A DNA stretch of 63,630 nt, the filler included, from Octopus bimaculoides (Eukaryota), in the NCBI RefSeq assembly GCF_001194135.2. It is 7 parts of 6 records of this genome, joined end to end, with 100 filler letters (N's around TTAATTAATTAA, not from the genome) between each part and the next. Parts side by side here need not be neighbours in the genome. Positions count along the whole stretch, not along the records: positions 62,631 to 63,630 come from NW_026425317.1; 6 more parts are not named here. One strand, given 5' to 3'. The position numbers were made by a program, and so were the translations under genes. The notes under the pieces are model-generated. The model was given only the letters and a program-made list of their open reading frames with translations, searched no databases and was not told where the DNA came from. Positions 62,647 to 63,630 of this stretch are shown one piece after another. Each line of letters starts with the position of its first letter. The stretch's first letter is position 1.

Positions 62647-62811
62647 AAGGAGCCACTTCCTATTACAAAAACCCAATAGGATCGAAGTGTATAGACTTAT
62701 ACAACCTCTTCCACAAAAAATATTTTAAAACTGCAAAAGTTTTGACATATAAAAGGCCAACTTACTTGCGAGCCGATGTGACTAGCATCCGTTCAGATCA
62801 GATAGATAGAT
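62647..62811 (+). CDS. candidate phase-1 exon following the repeat exon (EGATSYYKNPIGSKCIDLYNLFHKKYFK...)
   Basis: actccag acceptor with an in-frame stop just upstream; about 55 open codons; phase-compatible with 61689. The 3' boundary is unknown. Confidence 0.25.
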
Positions 62812-62875
62812 AGATAGATAGATATATAGATAGATAGATAGATACAGATAGATACATACATAGATAGATACATAC

Positions 62876-62915
<40 letters not shown>
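62796..62915. repeat. imperfect (GATA)n microsatellite
   Basis: Direct inspection. Confidence 0.9.
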
Positions 62916-63036
62916 CTCCGGCTAGTCAGTAGCCAAAGAAACAGATTTCAACTCAAACCAGCAGTAACTGTTCATTGTCAGATTTTTCTACTTTCACTTC
63001 TCACAGCTAATACCATGACAGTGCCACACATATATG

Positions 63037-63106
<70 letters not shown>

Positions 63107-63595
63107 TGTCACTAGTTGTGACTAAGAGTGTAGGGTAACACACCTACATAGCTAGAAATAAGAGCTAAAAATCCCTTACACCTGCAGGAAGCATATTTTA
63201 TATACTGACAGGGGAGATAATCACCCCACAGTGAGCTAGCTCACTATACTACAGTTTTGTTTGAAAATTACAAACTCAGTAGTTGTGATATTAGCAAAAT
63301 GTTATTGTGAAAATCATAAAATAATGAAGGTAGCTATATGTAATATAAAACCAAAAAGGAAAAATTCAGTTGTCACTAGTTGTGACTGAGGGTGCAGGAT
63401 AGCACAATCAGCAAAATGACAGGCACAATACTTTGTAATATTTTGTCATATCTCTTTACATTTAAATCCTGCTGATATCTCCTTTACTTTTCATCTGTTA
63501 GAGTAAAATATCAGTGAAATATTTTAATGAGCTTCCTGCACACACACACATGTATCATATATATATATACACATATATAGTCATATATATTTGTG

Positions 63596-63630
<35 letters not shown>

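Overview
AT-rich eukaryotic genomic scaffold, mostly intronic or intergenic, with many N gaps and very dense microsatellites. The repeat families resemble coleoid cephalopod (octopus-like) DNA; this is inference, not a database result. Nearly all ORFs in the supplied track are microsatellite or N-gap artefacts. The best-supported host coding element is an 819-nt phase-1/phase-1 exon (60871-61689, +) encoding about 18 QGY-based Q/P/G/Y repeats. Several short splice-site-bounded open frames on both strands may be further exons of unidentified genes. Mobile DNA dominates: an L1/Tx1 LINE 3' fragment, two Penelope-like elements (one with an inverted terminal repeat and an intact-looking minimal hammerhead ribozyme), RTE LINE fragments, an RLE-type LINE relic, a Helitron 3' end, about 30 tRNA-derived SINE copies in four families, and a tRNA-Cys pseudogene. 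The most notable observations are the Penelope hammerhead with a compensatory U3-A8 core, one SINE body carrying two alternative 3' tails (one matching the local Tx1 LINE 3' end), the QGY-repeat exon, and a ~1.2 kb fold-back inverted duplication. Repeat boundaries are approximate, and family names were assigned by eye from motifs.
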